DNA of 64,000 nucleotides from an uncultured Acidobacteriota bacterium (GTDB taxonomy: Bacteria > Acidobacteriota > Thermoanaerobaculia > Gp7-AA8): positions 608,001-672,000 of the forward strand of contig CAVUKB010000004.1 of assembly GCA_963741955.1 (NCBI GenBank), written 5' to 3'. Shown in pieces: positions 53,702 through 63,900 of this stretch. Position 1 is the first letter of the stretch. The number at the start of each line of letters is the position of its first letter. The position numbers were made by a program, and so were the translations under genes. The notes under the pieces are model-generated. The model had not been told where the DNA came from. It saw nothing but the letters and a program-made list of their open reading frames with translations, and did no database searches.

Positions 53702-54586
53702 ATGAGAGCGAGAGCATCGACGTCACGACTGAACGTTCGCAAGACTTACAAGCTCTACATCGGCGGCGAGTTCCCTCGCACCGAGTCGGGCCGTTCCTAT
53801 CCCGTACAGAATGCGAAAGGCGCGCTGGTCGCGAATGCCTGTCTCGGCTCACGCAAGGACGTCCGGAATGCCGTCGTCGCGGCGCGGAAGGCGCTGGCCG
53901 GATGGAGCGGAAAGACTGCTTACAATCGAGGGCAGGTGCTGTATCGGATCGCCGAAGTCTGCGAGTCACGCGCGAGTGAGCTGGAGAACGAGCTGCGCCA
54001 GATGGGTGCGAGCAAAGGGGAGGCGACGAAGGAAGTCGAGCGCACCATCGACCGCTGGGTCTACTACGCCGGATGGTGCGACAAGTTCGCGCAGATCCTC
54101 GGCTGTGCCAACCCCGTCGCCGGTCCGTACTACAACTTCAGTGTCCCCGAGCCGACCGGCGTCGCGGGCATCGTCGCTCCGGACGCGATGCCGCTGCTCG
54201 GTTTCGTCAGCCGCGTCGCTCCGGCGATCGCGGGTGGCAATACGGTCGTCGCGATTCCCTCCGAGCCTCGCCCCCTCGCTTCCATCACCATGAGCGAGAT
54301 CCTCGCGACCTCGGATGTCCCGGGAGGCGTGGTGAACGTCATCACCGGGAAGAAGGACGAGCTGATCCCCTGGCTCGCGTCGCACATGGACGTCAACGCG
54401 ATCGACTGTACGGGAGTCGCTCCCGACCTGCTGGCGAAGGTGCAGGAGCTCGCGGCGGAGAACGTCAAGCGTGTGGTCGGCGGGCCGGAAGGGGTACGCG
54501 CGATCGACTCCGACCAGGGACAGTCGCTCTACGCGATCTCCGACTTCCTCGAGATCAAGACCGTATGGCACCCGACGGGCATCTGA
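53702..54586 (+). CDS. Truncated aldehyde dehydrogenase-family protein (no catalytic domain)
   Basis: KTYKLYIGG, WVYYAGW.DK, EPTGV, PGGVVN, EIKTVWHP; lacks ELGGK and the catalytic Cys. Confidence 0.85.
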   Translation: MRARASTSRLNVRKTYKLYIGGEFPRTESGRSYPVQNAKGALVANACLGSRKDVRNAVVAARKALAGWSGKTAYNRGQVLYRIAEVCESRASELENELRQMGASKGEATKEVERTIDRWVYYAGWCDKFAQILGCANPVAGPYYNFSVPEPTGVAGIVAPDAMPLLGFVSRVAPAIAGGNTVVAIPSEPRPLASITMSEILATSDVPGGVVNVITGKKDELIPWLASHMDVNAIDCTGVAPDLLAKVQELAAENVKRVVGGPEGVRAIDSDQGQSLYAISDFLEIKTVWHPTGI

Positions 54587-54644
54587 TATCTGATATCTGT
54601 TATCTGGGTCAGATCAGCGATATCAGATGAGCGATATCAGATCT
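54582..54644. repeat. Inverted heptamer cluster (TCTGATA / GATATCA) between convergent genes
   Basis: TCTGATATCTGATATCTGTTATCTG followed by CAGCGATATCAGATGAGCGATATCAGA. Confidence 0.65.
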
Positions 54645-54653
54645 GCGATGCCC

Positions 54654-56663
54654 TTACCGTACTTTCGTTCCGTTCGGGACGGAGGGGTCGACGGAGAGAA
54701 GGCTCGGCTCACCATCGATGGAAGCGGCGAGGACCATCCCGTTCGATTCGATTCCCATCAGTTTCGCGGGCTGGAGGTTCGCGACGATGACGACCTTTCG
54801 GCCGACCAGTTCCTCCGGTTCGTACTTCGTCGCGATTCCCGCGACGATGGTCCGTTCCTCGTCGCCGGTCGTGATCCGCATCCTGATCAGCTTCTTCGAT
54901 TTCGGGACTCGTTCTGCTTCGAGCACCTGCGCCACGCGAAGATCAGTCTTCATGAACTCGTCGATCGAGATGCGTGAGGTGTCGGGCGCGATCGCTTCCG
55001 TGGTCTGAGGCGGCGGTCCGGCCTGTTGCGGAGCGCTGGTAACGTCCGGCGTGACGGGCGGATTCGGAGTCTCTGCGGGCTTCTTCTCTTCAGTCATCGG
55101 TGCTCCTTTGGCGGCCGGCGTCGGGGCGCCGGCGAGATACTCCGCGGTATCGACGCGCGGGAAGAGCGCGTCGCCCGCTTCGATGGGTCGGTTGTTCGGA
55201 AGGCGGCCCCACACCAGCGATTCGGTCCTGAGCGACTCTCCGGCCGCTCCGATCCGTGCGAGTGCAGTCGCGGAGAGCGAAGGCATGAAAGGGGAGACCA
55301 TCAGCCAGACCAGGCGCATCGACTCGAGAGTGTTCCAGATGATGCGGGAGAGCGACTCGTCGGCTCCCTTCTCCTTGTAGTGCTTCCACGGTTCGTGGCT
55401 CACGATGTAGCCGTTCACTCCGACCAGGGCCCGCCAGATCACTTCCAGTGCGCGCTGGAAGTTGAGGCGCTCCATCTCGCGGAAGTACTCCGGGATGAGG
55501 CGCTCGGCGTTCTTTTGCAGGTCGTTGTCGTCGCACGGAATCGGCGGTGTCTTTCCGTCGAAATACGAGGCACTCATCTTCAGAATGCGCGAGAGCGTGT
55601 TCCCGAGATCGTTTGCGAGATCGGAGTTGTAGCGCTGGAGGAACGATTCGTCGGAGTAGTTCGCATCCTGACCGAACGTCATTTCCCGCATCACGAAGTA
55701 GCGGAAGGCGTCGGATCCGAAGCGCTCGATGATGTCGTCGGGGCGGACGATGTTTCCGGTCGACTTGGAGATCTTCTGGTTGTCACGGAGCCACCATCCG
55801 TGGCCGACGATCGACTTCGGAAGCTCGAGCCCGGCGGCCATCAGGAAGGCCGGCCAGTAGACGGCGTGGAATCGGACGATGTCCTTTCCGACCAGGTGGA
55901 TGTCGGCAGGCCACCAGCGCTGGTAACGCGAGTCGTCGTCGCTCCCGAAACCGAGCGCGGAGATGTAGTTGGTCAGCGCATCCATCCAGACGTAGATCAC
56001 GTGGTTCGGTGCGCCGGGGAAAGGGATGCCCCAGGTGATCGAGGTGCGCGAGATCGACAGATCTCTGAGTCCGGCGTCGACGAACGAGGTGACCTCGTTG
56101 AAGCGCGTCTGCGGCTGAACGAAATCGGGGTGCTCACGGTAATACTTCATCAGGCGGTCCCGGTACGCGGAGAGCTTGAAGAAGTAGTTCTTCTCGGAAG
56201 TCCACTCGACGGGATGTCCTTCCTCGCATTTCCCGTTCGCGACCTGCGATTCGGGGATGAAGGTCTCCTCGCTCTGGCAGTACCAGCCGGCGTGCTCGCC
56301 GAGGTAGATGTCGCCCGGACTCTGCTCCTGGATGCGGCGAATCAGCTCGTACACGCCGATACGATGGCGGTCTTCGGTCGTGCGGATGAAGTCGTCGTTG
56401 GTGATCTCGAGCCGCGTCCAGTGAGCGCGGTGAGCGGCGACTACGCGGTCGGCCAGCTCGATCGGGCTGATTCCCTGCTTTGCGGCGGAGCGCTCGATCT
56501 TCTGGCCGTGCTCGTCCGTTCCGGTGAGGAAGAAGACATCGTCGCCCTTCATCCGGTGGAAGCGGGCGATCACGTCGGCCACGATGTTCTCGTAGATGTG
56601 TCCGATGTGGGGAAGGTCATTCACGTAATGAATGGCGGTGGTGATGTAGAACGGTTTGCTCAT
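54654..56663 (-). CDS. metG: Methionyl-tRNA synthetase with C-terminal tRNA-binding domain
   Basis: HIGH, TGTDEHG, YVWMDAL, GKDI, KISKS, NLQPAKLMGIESNGM. Confidence 0.97.
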   Translation of the reverse strand: MSKPFYITTAIHYVNDLPHIGHIYENIVADVIARFHRMKGDDVFFLTGTDEHGQKIERSAAKQGISPIELADRVVAAHRAHWTRLEITNDDFIRTTEDRHRIGVYELIRRIQEQSPGDIYLGEHAGWYCQSEETFIPESQVANGKCEEGHPVEWTSEKNYFFKLSAYRDRLMKYYREHPDFVQPQTRFNEVTSFVDAGLRDLSISRTSITWGIPFPGAPNHVIYVWMDALTNYISALGFGSDDDSRYQRWWPADIHLVGKDIVRFHAVYWPAFLMAAGLELPKSIVGHGWWLRDNQKISKSTGNIVRPDDIIERFGSDAFRYFVMREMTFGQDANYSDESFLQRYNSDLANDLGNTLSRILKMSASYFDGKTPPIPCDDNDLQKNAERLIPEYFREMERLNFQRALEVIWRALVGVNGYIVSHEPWKHYKEKGADESLSRIIWNTLESMRLVWLMVSPFMPSLSATALARIGAAGESLRTESLVWGRLPNNRPIEAGDALFPRVDTAEYLAGAPTPAAKGAPMTEEKKPAETPNPPVTPDVTSAPQQAGPPPQTTEAIAPDTSRISIDEFMKTDLRVAQVLEAERVPKSKKLIRMRITTGDEERTIVAGIATKYEPEELVGRKVVIVANLQPAKLMGIESNGMVLAASIDGEPSLLSVDPSVPNGTKVR

Positions 56664-56710
56664 CGGTTCCTTTTCACTTCCGGTGCGATGCAGGAGCCGC
56701 ACCGCGCGGC

Positions 56711-56736
56711 GCATTGTAGCAGGAGAGGGGTCGGGG
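56711..56736 (-). promoter_or_regulatory. Putative metG promoter, left arm of a perfect 26-bp inverted repeat
   Basis: Minus strand CCCCGACCCCTCTCCTGCTACAATGC contains the extended -10 TGCTACAAT. Confidence 0.65.
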
Positions 56737-56741
56737 GTTGG

Positions 56742-56893
56742 GAGAGGCGAGAGGCGAGAGACGAGAGGCGAGAGACGAGGGGCGAGAGGCGAGAGACGAG
56801 GGGCGAGAGGCGAGGGGCGAGAGGCGAGGGGCGAGAGACGAGGGGCGAGAGACGAGGGGCGAGAGACGAGGGGCGAGAGGCGAGAGGCGAGAG
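56742..56893 (+). repeat. Heptamer tandem array (GAGAGGC/GAGAGAC/GAGGGGC), about 21 units
   Basis: Directly visible. Confidence 0.95.
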
Positions 56894-57030
56894 GATGCAA
56901 TCACCGAGGAGCGCTGATTTGCAATCCGCCTCGAGGATCGGATCGCAGGGCACCGGGACGAGAGGCGAGCGCGAATGCTGGAGTGCCGCTTCGCGGCCGA
57001 ACCAACGATTTCCCGATGCTTCTCGCCGAT

Positions 57031-57056
57031 CCCCGACCCCTCTCCTGCTACAATGC
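57031..57056 (+). promoter_or_regulatory. Putative rmlC promoter, right arm of the 26-bp inverted repeat
   Basis: CCCCGACCCCTCTCCTGCTACAATGC, exact reverse complement of 56711-56736. Confidence 0.65.
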
Positions 57057-57077
57057 CGCGTCATTTTACGGAGTGAG

Positions 57078-57635
57078 ATGAAAGCGATCGAGACCAATCT
57101 TCCCGGCGTTCTGATCATCGAGTCGCGCTCGTTCGAAGACGAGCGCGGGTTCTTCATGGAGACGTGGCACCAGACGAAATTCGCGGAGATCGGGATCGAT
57201 GCGCGCTTCGTCCAGGACAACCATTCCCGATCGACCCGAGGAGTGCTGCGAGGTCTCCACTTCCAGCAGCCCTCACCGCAGGGGAAGCTGGTGCGGGCAG
57301 TCACCGGACGGATCTTCGACGTCGCGGTGGACATCCGCCGCGGTTCGCCGTCGTTCGGACGATGGACAGGTGTCGAGCTGTCGGAGGAGAACCGGTTCCA
57401 GCTCTGGGTGCCGGAAGGGTTCGCGCACGGGTTCGTGGTGCTCTCCGACGTGGCCGACGTGGTGTACAAGTGCACCGCGATCTACGACGCCCCCGCGGAT
57501 CGCGGAATCGCCTGGAATGATCCCGGGATCGGCATCGAATGGCCGGTACCGCGGCCGATCCTCTCGCCGAAAGATGCTGCGCTGCCGTCTCTGAAAGACG
57601 CGCCGGTACTGCCGGAGCTCGAGGCTGGAGGCTAG
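57078..57635 (+). CDS. rmlC: dTDP-4-dehydrorhamnose 3,5-epimerase
   Basis: DERGFFME, QDNHSRS..GVLRGLHFQ, QGKLV, DVAVDIR, GFAHGF. Confidence 0.95.
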   Translation: MKAIETNLPGVLIIESRSFEDERGFFMETWHQTKFAEIGIDARFVQDNHSRSTRGVLRGLHFQQPSPQGKLVRAVTGRIFDVAVDIRRGSPSFGRWTGVELSEENRFQLWVPEGFAHGFVVLSDVADVVYKCTAIYDAPADRGIAWNDPGIGIEWPVPRPILSPKDAALPSLKDAPVLPELEAGG

Positions 57636-57795
57636 GAGTCTGCGCGGTAGAAACTGTCCTACTGCGAAAGCGGATCAATGGTCCAAATCCGCCCGGATTT
57701 TCGGCGAGTAGCCACCGCTACGCACCTCAAATCCGAACGAATTTGGCCTCGTTGCTCCGCTTTCTCGCTACGGACGTTTCTACCGCGCAGACTCC
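57635..57795. mobile_element. MITE family A, copy 2 (161 bp, inverted)
   Basis: Perfect 20-bp TIR; overlaps the rmlC TAG stop. Confidence 0.85.
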
Positions 57796-57803
57796 CAGGA
57801 GAG

Positions 57804-57846
57804 CGTCGGACGCGTCGGACGTGTCGGACATGTCGGACATGTCGGA
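57804..57846 (+). repeat. Nonamer repeats (GTCGGACNN), about 5 units
   Basis: GTCGGACGC GTCGGACGT GTCGGACAT GTCGGACAT GTCGGA. Confidence 0.85.
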
Positions 57847-57889
57847 GGGTTCCGCTACGTGTGCTGTCGCATCTCATCCAACGATCTTC

Positions 57890-57918
57890 TTGACACTCCG
57901 GAGCGCTCTGTTTAGGAT
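57890..57918 (+). promoter_or_regulatory. Sigma70-type promoter for tRNA-Asp
   Basis: TTGACA-17 bp-TAGGAT followed by a GC-rich discriminator. Confidence 0.75.
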
Positions 57919-57974
57919 GGCGCTCCTTCGGGAATTCGGTCCGAGAGGAGCGAGTTTCGGAGGCAGTTGAATGC

Positions 57975-58051
<77 letters not shown>

Positions 58052-58067
58052 CCCCGAAAACGATCAG

Positions 58068-58092
58068 GAGCGGCCTCTGGGCCGCTCTTTTT
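58068..58092 (+). terminator. Intrinsic terminator after tRNA-Asp
   Basis: GAGCGGCC-TCTG-GGCCGCTC-TTTTT. Confidence 0.85.
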
Positions 58093-58096
58093 CGTC

Positions 58097-58534
58097 TCAG
58101 GCCGGATGCGGGTGCGGCTTGGGAGCGAGGGCCGGATTTCCGACTTCGGAGGTCGTCGCGTTCCTGACCTCCTCGGTGCAGGTCGCCACGAGTTTCGACA
58201 GATCCTCGAGATCGAAGGGCTTCGAGACGACCGCGTAGATCGATTCGCTCCGGAGCTCCTCGAGCCGCTTCGGAGAAACCGCCGAAATGACGATCACGGA
58301 TCGCTCTCCCGGCCGTTCCTTCTCCAGAAACCGGAGCACGTCGTCTCCGCTCGCCACCGGCATCATCAGGTCGAGCAGAACGGCGTCGTAGCTCTTCTCT
58401 CGCAGCGAAAGAATCGCCTGCTCGCCGTTCGCGACCAGCGCCGCGTCTAGACCGTACCGCTTCAGTGCGATTCCGAGGAGGTCACGAATGGCATCGTCGT
58501 CATCGACCACCAGCACGCTTCGATTCGTACTCAT
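58097..58534 (-). CDS. Single-domain response regulator
   Basis: VLVVDDD, LLDLMMP, IVISA, SKPFD. Confidence 0.88.
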   Translation of the reverse strand: MSTNRSVLVVDDDDAIRDLLGIALKRYGLDAALVANGEQAILSLREKSYDAVLLDLMMPVASGDDVLRFLEKERPGERSVIVISAVSPKRLEELRSESIYAVVSKPFDLEDLSKLVATCTEEVRNATTSEVGNPALAPKPHPHPA

Positions 58535-58639
58535 CAGGAGTGCCCCCGTACGATCTGGTGACAATTCAAGAATCCCACCAGTTGTGTCGAATCGCCCGGG
58601 ACTTTTTGGGGTGGCGGCGGGCTTACGCGCGTAACGGCT

Positions 58640-60976
58640 TCATTTGACGGTGATCTCGACCGCGTCAGCGTGGGCGCCCTCGACGATGGCCTCGACCCGG
58701 TGCTTTCCGGCACGGATGGGCCAGCGTACCGACGACTCCGAAGAGGCCGTTCCGACCGTTCGTCCGTCGACCCTCCATGTGACCATCCCCGAACGTCCGT
58801 TTGCGGTGGCCCGGAACGAAAGGGTCTGAAACTCTGACCGGAGCGTCGGATCGATCAGGTACGTCGCGCCGGGAGGGGGATTGGTGATGTGGACGGCAGG
58901 ATGGCGAGCAGCGAGTTGTGCTCGCACGACCGGGACATCGGCCGTACCGCGCTCTGCGGCCCACGCACGGTACTCCGCAGGCCAGAGCACACCACGCGAA
59001 GAGTGCCACGTGCAGGTTTCTACCGGCACGTCAGTGGCCACCCATTCCTGGCGGGTGGAAGGACAGAACGGTCCCGGCTGCATCCCTGTGAGCGCGCACA
59101 CCGGACGGAGCACCACGGCGGTCGGCACCGGAACGATCGGCGGATCGGTCACGGTGGGAAATCTTCCGAGCACTCGTTCCTCTGCGGCGAGCATGACCGC
59201 ATGGAAGATCGGCGCGGCTCCGGTGACTCCGCTCGAGCCCCGCAGGGGAGTCCGATCGAAATTGCCGACCCAGACGCCGACGGTGACCTCGCGCGTATAG
59301 CCGATCGTCCAGTTGTCGCGGTAGGCCTGCGAAGTTCCCGTCTTCACCGCAACCGGAAAGGGGAAATCGAGACTGCCACCTTCCCCGAATATGAACCGCC
59401 GGGCATCGGAATCGGAGAGAACGTCGGTGATCCAGAATGCCGTGCGTGCCGAGACCGTCCGCTCTCCGCTGCCGGCTTTGGGCGGTGTCGACTCTTGGCC
59501 ATCGATCCCGACCACGCGCTTCACGGAGCGCGGAACCACCGGAATGCCCCCACGTGCGAACGTCGCGTACGCTGCCACGAGCTCGTCGAGACGGACCTCG
59601 GCATCGCCGAGCGTCAGACCGAGACCGTAGTAGTCCGGCGTTCGATCGAGTGTGCTCACTCCGCAGGAGCGGAGCAACCGAAGGAGAGTCGGGACTCCCA
59701 CTTTCGAGAGGAGCCAGACCGCCGGGACGTTCTCCGAGCCTGCGAGAGCCTGCCTCGCCCGGAGCGGTCCACGGAATACGCCGTCATAGTTGCGCGGGAC
59801 GTAGTTCACGCCGCCGACGGCGGTGGGGAAGTGCTGGGGAACGTCGGGGAGAAGTGAGGCTGGCGACTCGCCGCGCTCGAACGCAGCCGCGTAGGTGAAG
59901 GGTTTGAGAGCCGAGCCTGGCTGTCGCGGCGTCGATGCTCCGTCGATCGCGCCGCCGTGCTCGGCGTCGAAGTAATCCCCTGACCCTTCCCAGGCGAGCC
60001 ACTCTCCGCTCGCGTTGTCGAGCACCACCACCGCTACGTTCGCTGCGCCGTGGCGCTGGAGATCCTTTTGCCGGGCCGCGATGATTCCGGCGACGCGCTC
60101 CTGCAGCGGCGCATCGATCGTGGTCACGATTCTTCGCACCCCGGGATCGGTGTACTTTGCGAGCGTCTCCTGGACGAGATGAGGCGCGAGGAAGGGTCGA
60201 TCGCGCCGTACGAACCGGAGGTGCTCTTCCTGCGCGGCGCGGAGCGCTTCGGGCGTGACGGCGTCACTGACCGCGATCCGGGAGAGAACCCGGCGCTGTC
60301 TCGAAAGAGCCCCGGAGGGATTTCGATAGGGATCGAGCGCGCTCGGTCTCTGTGGCAACCCGGCGAGGAACGCCGCCTGGGCGAGCGTCAGCTCGGAAGG
60401 AGCGATTCCGAAGTAACCACGACTCGCGCGGTCGACTCCGCGGAACTGGTTTCCATAGGGCGCGAGGTTCAGATAGATCGCGAGGATCTCCCGCTTCGAG
60501 AGGCGATGCTCGAGGCGGAGCGCCAGAACGATCTCGTGGAACTTCCGTGAGAAGCTCTTTTCATTCGTGGAGACATGACCCTCAGCAATCTCGATCTGCT
60601 TCACCGTCTGCTGGGTGAGCGTGGATCCCCCCTCGACGACGGCGCCGGTGACGAGGTCGTGCCACGCGGCACGGGAGAGCGCGAGAGGATCGATCCCCGG
60701 ATGCGAAAAGAAGCGTCGGTCTTCCGCCGCGATCGTCGCAGCGAGGACGTTGGGAGGAATCGCCTCAGGCGGAATCCAGTGACTCCGCTCACCGGTGTCG
60801 GAAAGCGCCTCGTAGAGGACCACTCCACCGCGGTCGGTCACCGTGACCGACGCGAAGCGCGAGCGGTCGAGGAAGCCGTCCGGCAAGGGCCCCATGCGGA
60901 TCCACGCACCGAGCGTCGCCAGCCCAGCCGTGAGGATGCCGCCGAGAAGGTACCATCTGGCTCTCTGCCGTCGGAT
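58640..60976 (-). CDS. pbpC: Penicillin-binding protein 1C
   Basis: AAEDRRF, GGSTLTQQ, RKFHE, PGSALKP, KTGTS; downstream of the a2M gene; first ATG at 60895 but the TM anchor lies upstream (candidate ATC start 60976). Confidence 0.92.
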   Translation of the reverse strand: MRRQRARWYLLGGILTAGLATLGAWIRMGPLPDGFLDRSRFASVTVTDRGGVVLYEALSDTGERSHWIPPEAIPPNVLAATIAAEDRRFFSHPGIDPLALSRAAWHDLVTGAVVEGGSTLTQQTVKQIEIAEGHVSTNEKSFSRKFHEIVLALRLEHRLSKREILAIYLNLAPYGNQFRGVDRASRGYFGIAPSELTLAQAAFLAGLPQRPSALDPYRNPSGALSRQRRVLSRIAVSDAVTPEALRAAQEEHLRFVRRDRPFLAPHLVQETLAKYTDPGVRRIVTTIDAPLQERVAGIIAARQKDLQRHGAANVAVVVLDNASGEWLAWEGSGDYFDAEHGGAIDGASTPRQPGSALKPFTYAAAFERGESPASLLPDVPQHFPTAVGGVNYVPRNYDGVFRGPLRARQALAGSENVPAVWLLSKVGVPTLLRLLRSCGVSTLDRTPDYYGLGLTLGDAEVRLDELVAAYATFARGGIPVVPRSVKRVVGIDGQESTPPKAGSGERTVSARTAFWITDVLSDSDARRFIFGEGGSLDFPFPVAVKTGTSQAYRDNWTIGYTREVTVGVWVGNFDRTPLRGSSGVTGAAPIFHAVMLAAEERVLGRFPTVTDPPIVPVPTAVVLRPVCALTGMQPGPFCPSTRQEWVATDVPVETCTWHSSRGVLWPAEYRAWAAERGTADVPVVRAQLAARHPAVHITNPPPGATYLIDPTLRSEFQTLSFRATANGRSGMVTWRVDGRTVGTASSESSVRWPIRAGKHRVEAIVEGAHADAVEITVK

Positions 60977-60997
60977 TGCCGTTCTCCCGTGAATTCG

Positions 60998-63900
60998 CTA
61001 TTTCGAAACGCCGACGACCACGCTGGCCGTTCTCCCGAAGACTTCCGGTTCGTACATCTCTTCGGCATGCGTCGGGCCGGTGATGAATGTTCCGGCGGTC
61101 GTGGCGCGCAGAACGTACGTGTACTCGTGGACTCCCTCGGAGAGACGGGTGGCGAAGACGTCGACGCGGTCGTCGTGCCGCTCGACGTGATCGAATCCGC
61201 CGCGCTTCCACCAATCCAGCCAGTCACCTTCGTTCGACTGCTGCTGGGCTTCCACCAGAGTGGTGGCAGTCGTGGCGAACATCGTCTCGACCGGCTCGAA
61301 GCCCGCCGGGATCGGATCCGTGACTGCCACCCATCGTCGCTCTTTGCTCAGGGTGAGACGCAATGTCACGCGTAGCAGGTCGCCCGCGGCAACGCTCGTC
61401 ACGTCCTTTCCGTCACCCTTCAGGAGGGTGTAATGCCGCTCCACGCGGATTCCCTGATCGAGAGCATCCAGGTGCGGGTCGGAGCTCGCGTAACGGAGAC
61501 GGGCGGCGTAGAAGAGGGTGCCGGTGCCGCTCTTGGAAAATACGAGCGGCTGCGCAGCTTCGTCGGTTGCGGCGAGAAGCTTCGACATCGGAACGTCGTC
61601 GGACTTCGATTCGGTCGAGCGTCCCTCGAAGCTGTCGCTCACCAGTGGCGTCTGGCCGAGCGAGACCGACGCCTGGAAGTCGGGGACCTCCGATTCATAC
61701 CGCTTGTAGTAGTCGACCAGAGCCTCCATCACCAACGCGTTCTCCTGGGTGTTGCTCCACCGACCTTTCTTTCTCTCGGAGAGAAGCCACCGCACCATCC
61801 GCGGCGCGAGCTCCGCATCCTGATCGGATTCGACGAGCGAACGGAGAACCACCGCCGTCGATCGCACGTTCGAGTTCCAGAACAGGAGGAGGTACGGGTC
61901 GTTGAGCTCTTCGACGTGCGCGGTCCCTCCTTCCGGGAGAATCGCGTTGGTCATCCGGCGTCGCAGCTCAGAGGCCCGGCTCGAACCGCCCTTCGTGGAG
62001 ATGGCATCGTGCAGGTACGCGAGCGCGAACACCGGCATCCGATCGAGTGAGGCCCAGAGCCGGTTGATCGCGCTCTCTTCGTTCCGGCCGCCGGCCGTGA
62101 GCACTTTCACCGCATACGCCTGCCAGGCGAGCCAGGAGGGTCTCCACGCCGGATCTTCCGGAGCGGACGCAGAGAGCTGGCGTTCGAGATAGTCGTAAGC
62201 CCGACCGAGTGCCGCCTGGTCGACGGTATACCCGAGCGTGCCGGCGCGCTGATAGACGTGAACGATGTAGCTGGTGAGGAACGGCGACTCGAACCTGCAC
62301 TCGCCTTTCCAGTATGCGAAGCCTCCGTCGTCGCACTGGAAGGTTTCGAGCTCGCGCAGCGACTGCTGAGCCGTCACCTTCAATTGGTCAGGCTCGATCC
62401 CCGGGAGGCGGAATGCTTCGCCGAGGTCGGAAGCGAGGATCAGCCCGAGCGTCCGCGATGAGCGCTGTTCCGCACATCCGTACGGATACTCGACGAGGTA
62501 ACGAGCACCTTCACCGAGTCCGACCAGGGCGGTCGATGAGAGCTCCACGTGCAGTCCCCCGAACGAGGGGATGACATCCTTCGGGGCGCTCAGTTGCTCG
62601 ACCGCCTTCTCTTTCGTCTGTCCGTAGGCCGCGACGGTTTCGGGTGAGACCGGGATCTCGACCGGGATGGAATCTTCGAAAGCGTCGCTCTCTCGCCCCA
62701 TCCGCACCGACATCTGCATTCGGGCACGACCGACCGCGCGTGCCACGGCGTCGAAGCGGACTTCGGCCGAGCCGTTCGCGTCGACATGCACGCGTCGAGT
62801 GGTCTCGGCCGGAAAATCGAGGATGGAAGGATCGAGACTGCGGATGGTGACGGTCGCGTCGCCGGCCCGTTTCAACTGGCTGTGGACCACCGCACCGAAA
62901 TGCGCCTTGTCGCCGACGTTGAGGAACCGCGGCCAGGTCGAGGTGAGAAGGACTGGCTTGTTGATACGGATCTCGCTCTCGCCGCGTCCGAAGCGCGATG
63001 CTTTGTCCGCTGCGACGGCCATGATCCGGTACGTCGTGAGCGATTCGGGGAGGGTGATGGTGGTGCGCGCGCGACCGCGGCGGTCCGTGATCACCGATCC
63101 GACCCAGAAAGCGAGAACGCGGAAGTCTTTCCGCACCATCCCCGGTCCGCCGTCCTGACCTCCTCCGCCACCCTCATCGGCCCCTTTCGGGGTGAGGACC
63201 CGACGGCTGATGATCTTCTGCCTCGAATCTTCGTTGAACACCTGGAGAGACTTCGGGACCCAGACCGACTCGAGAATATCCGGCGTCCGGTAGGCCGTGA
63301 GGGAGAGCACGCCATAGTCGACGGCCCACAAGGTCACTTCAGCGGCGGCAGGCTTTCCCGACGCGTCCTTCACCGTGACGTCGATTCCGGCCTTCGTCGC
63401 CGGACGGTATTCGTCGCGGTTCGCTTTCACGTCGACGTCGAGACGTTTCGACGCGTCGTCGACGGTGAGCTCTGTGTAACCGAGGCGGAACGCCGGCTTC
63501 CCGGGATCGTTCCCGCTCTCGTCGGCCGCCTCACGCGTCCGCCCTTTCACGAGGAGCACCGAGACGAAGACGTTCGGGATGTCGGCTTCGGTGACGGGGA
63601 TCTCGACCGTCTGCTGAGTCGACGTCAGCGTGAATTCGCGATGGGTGCGGACACCTTCGCGCTCGGTGGTGAGGAGAGCCGTCGCCGTCTCCCAGGGTGA
63701 CTTGATCATGATCCGCGCGTGCTCGCCCGGTTTGTAGTGCGTCCGTTCGGGCACGAGGTCGATCCGGTTGTGGTCGTACCGCTGCCACGCGGTATAGCCG
63801 GCACCGATGCCGTAGAAACTCGTATAGGTGCGGGTGAAGCGACCGTCGCCGTCGCGCGCGGTGGCCTTCAGGACGTAGTACCCACCCTCGTCGAGGGGAA

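Noticed and set aside
55026-57077. Long N-terminal extension of rmlC (869-aa ORF) and of metG (to 56900)
   Set aside because: Antisense to metG or running through repeat arrays; true starts are at 57078 and 56663
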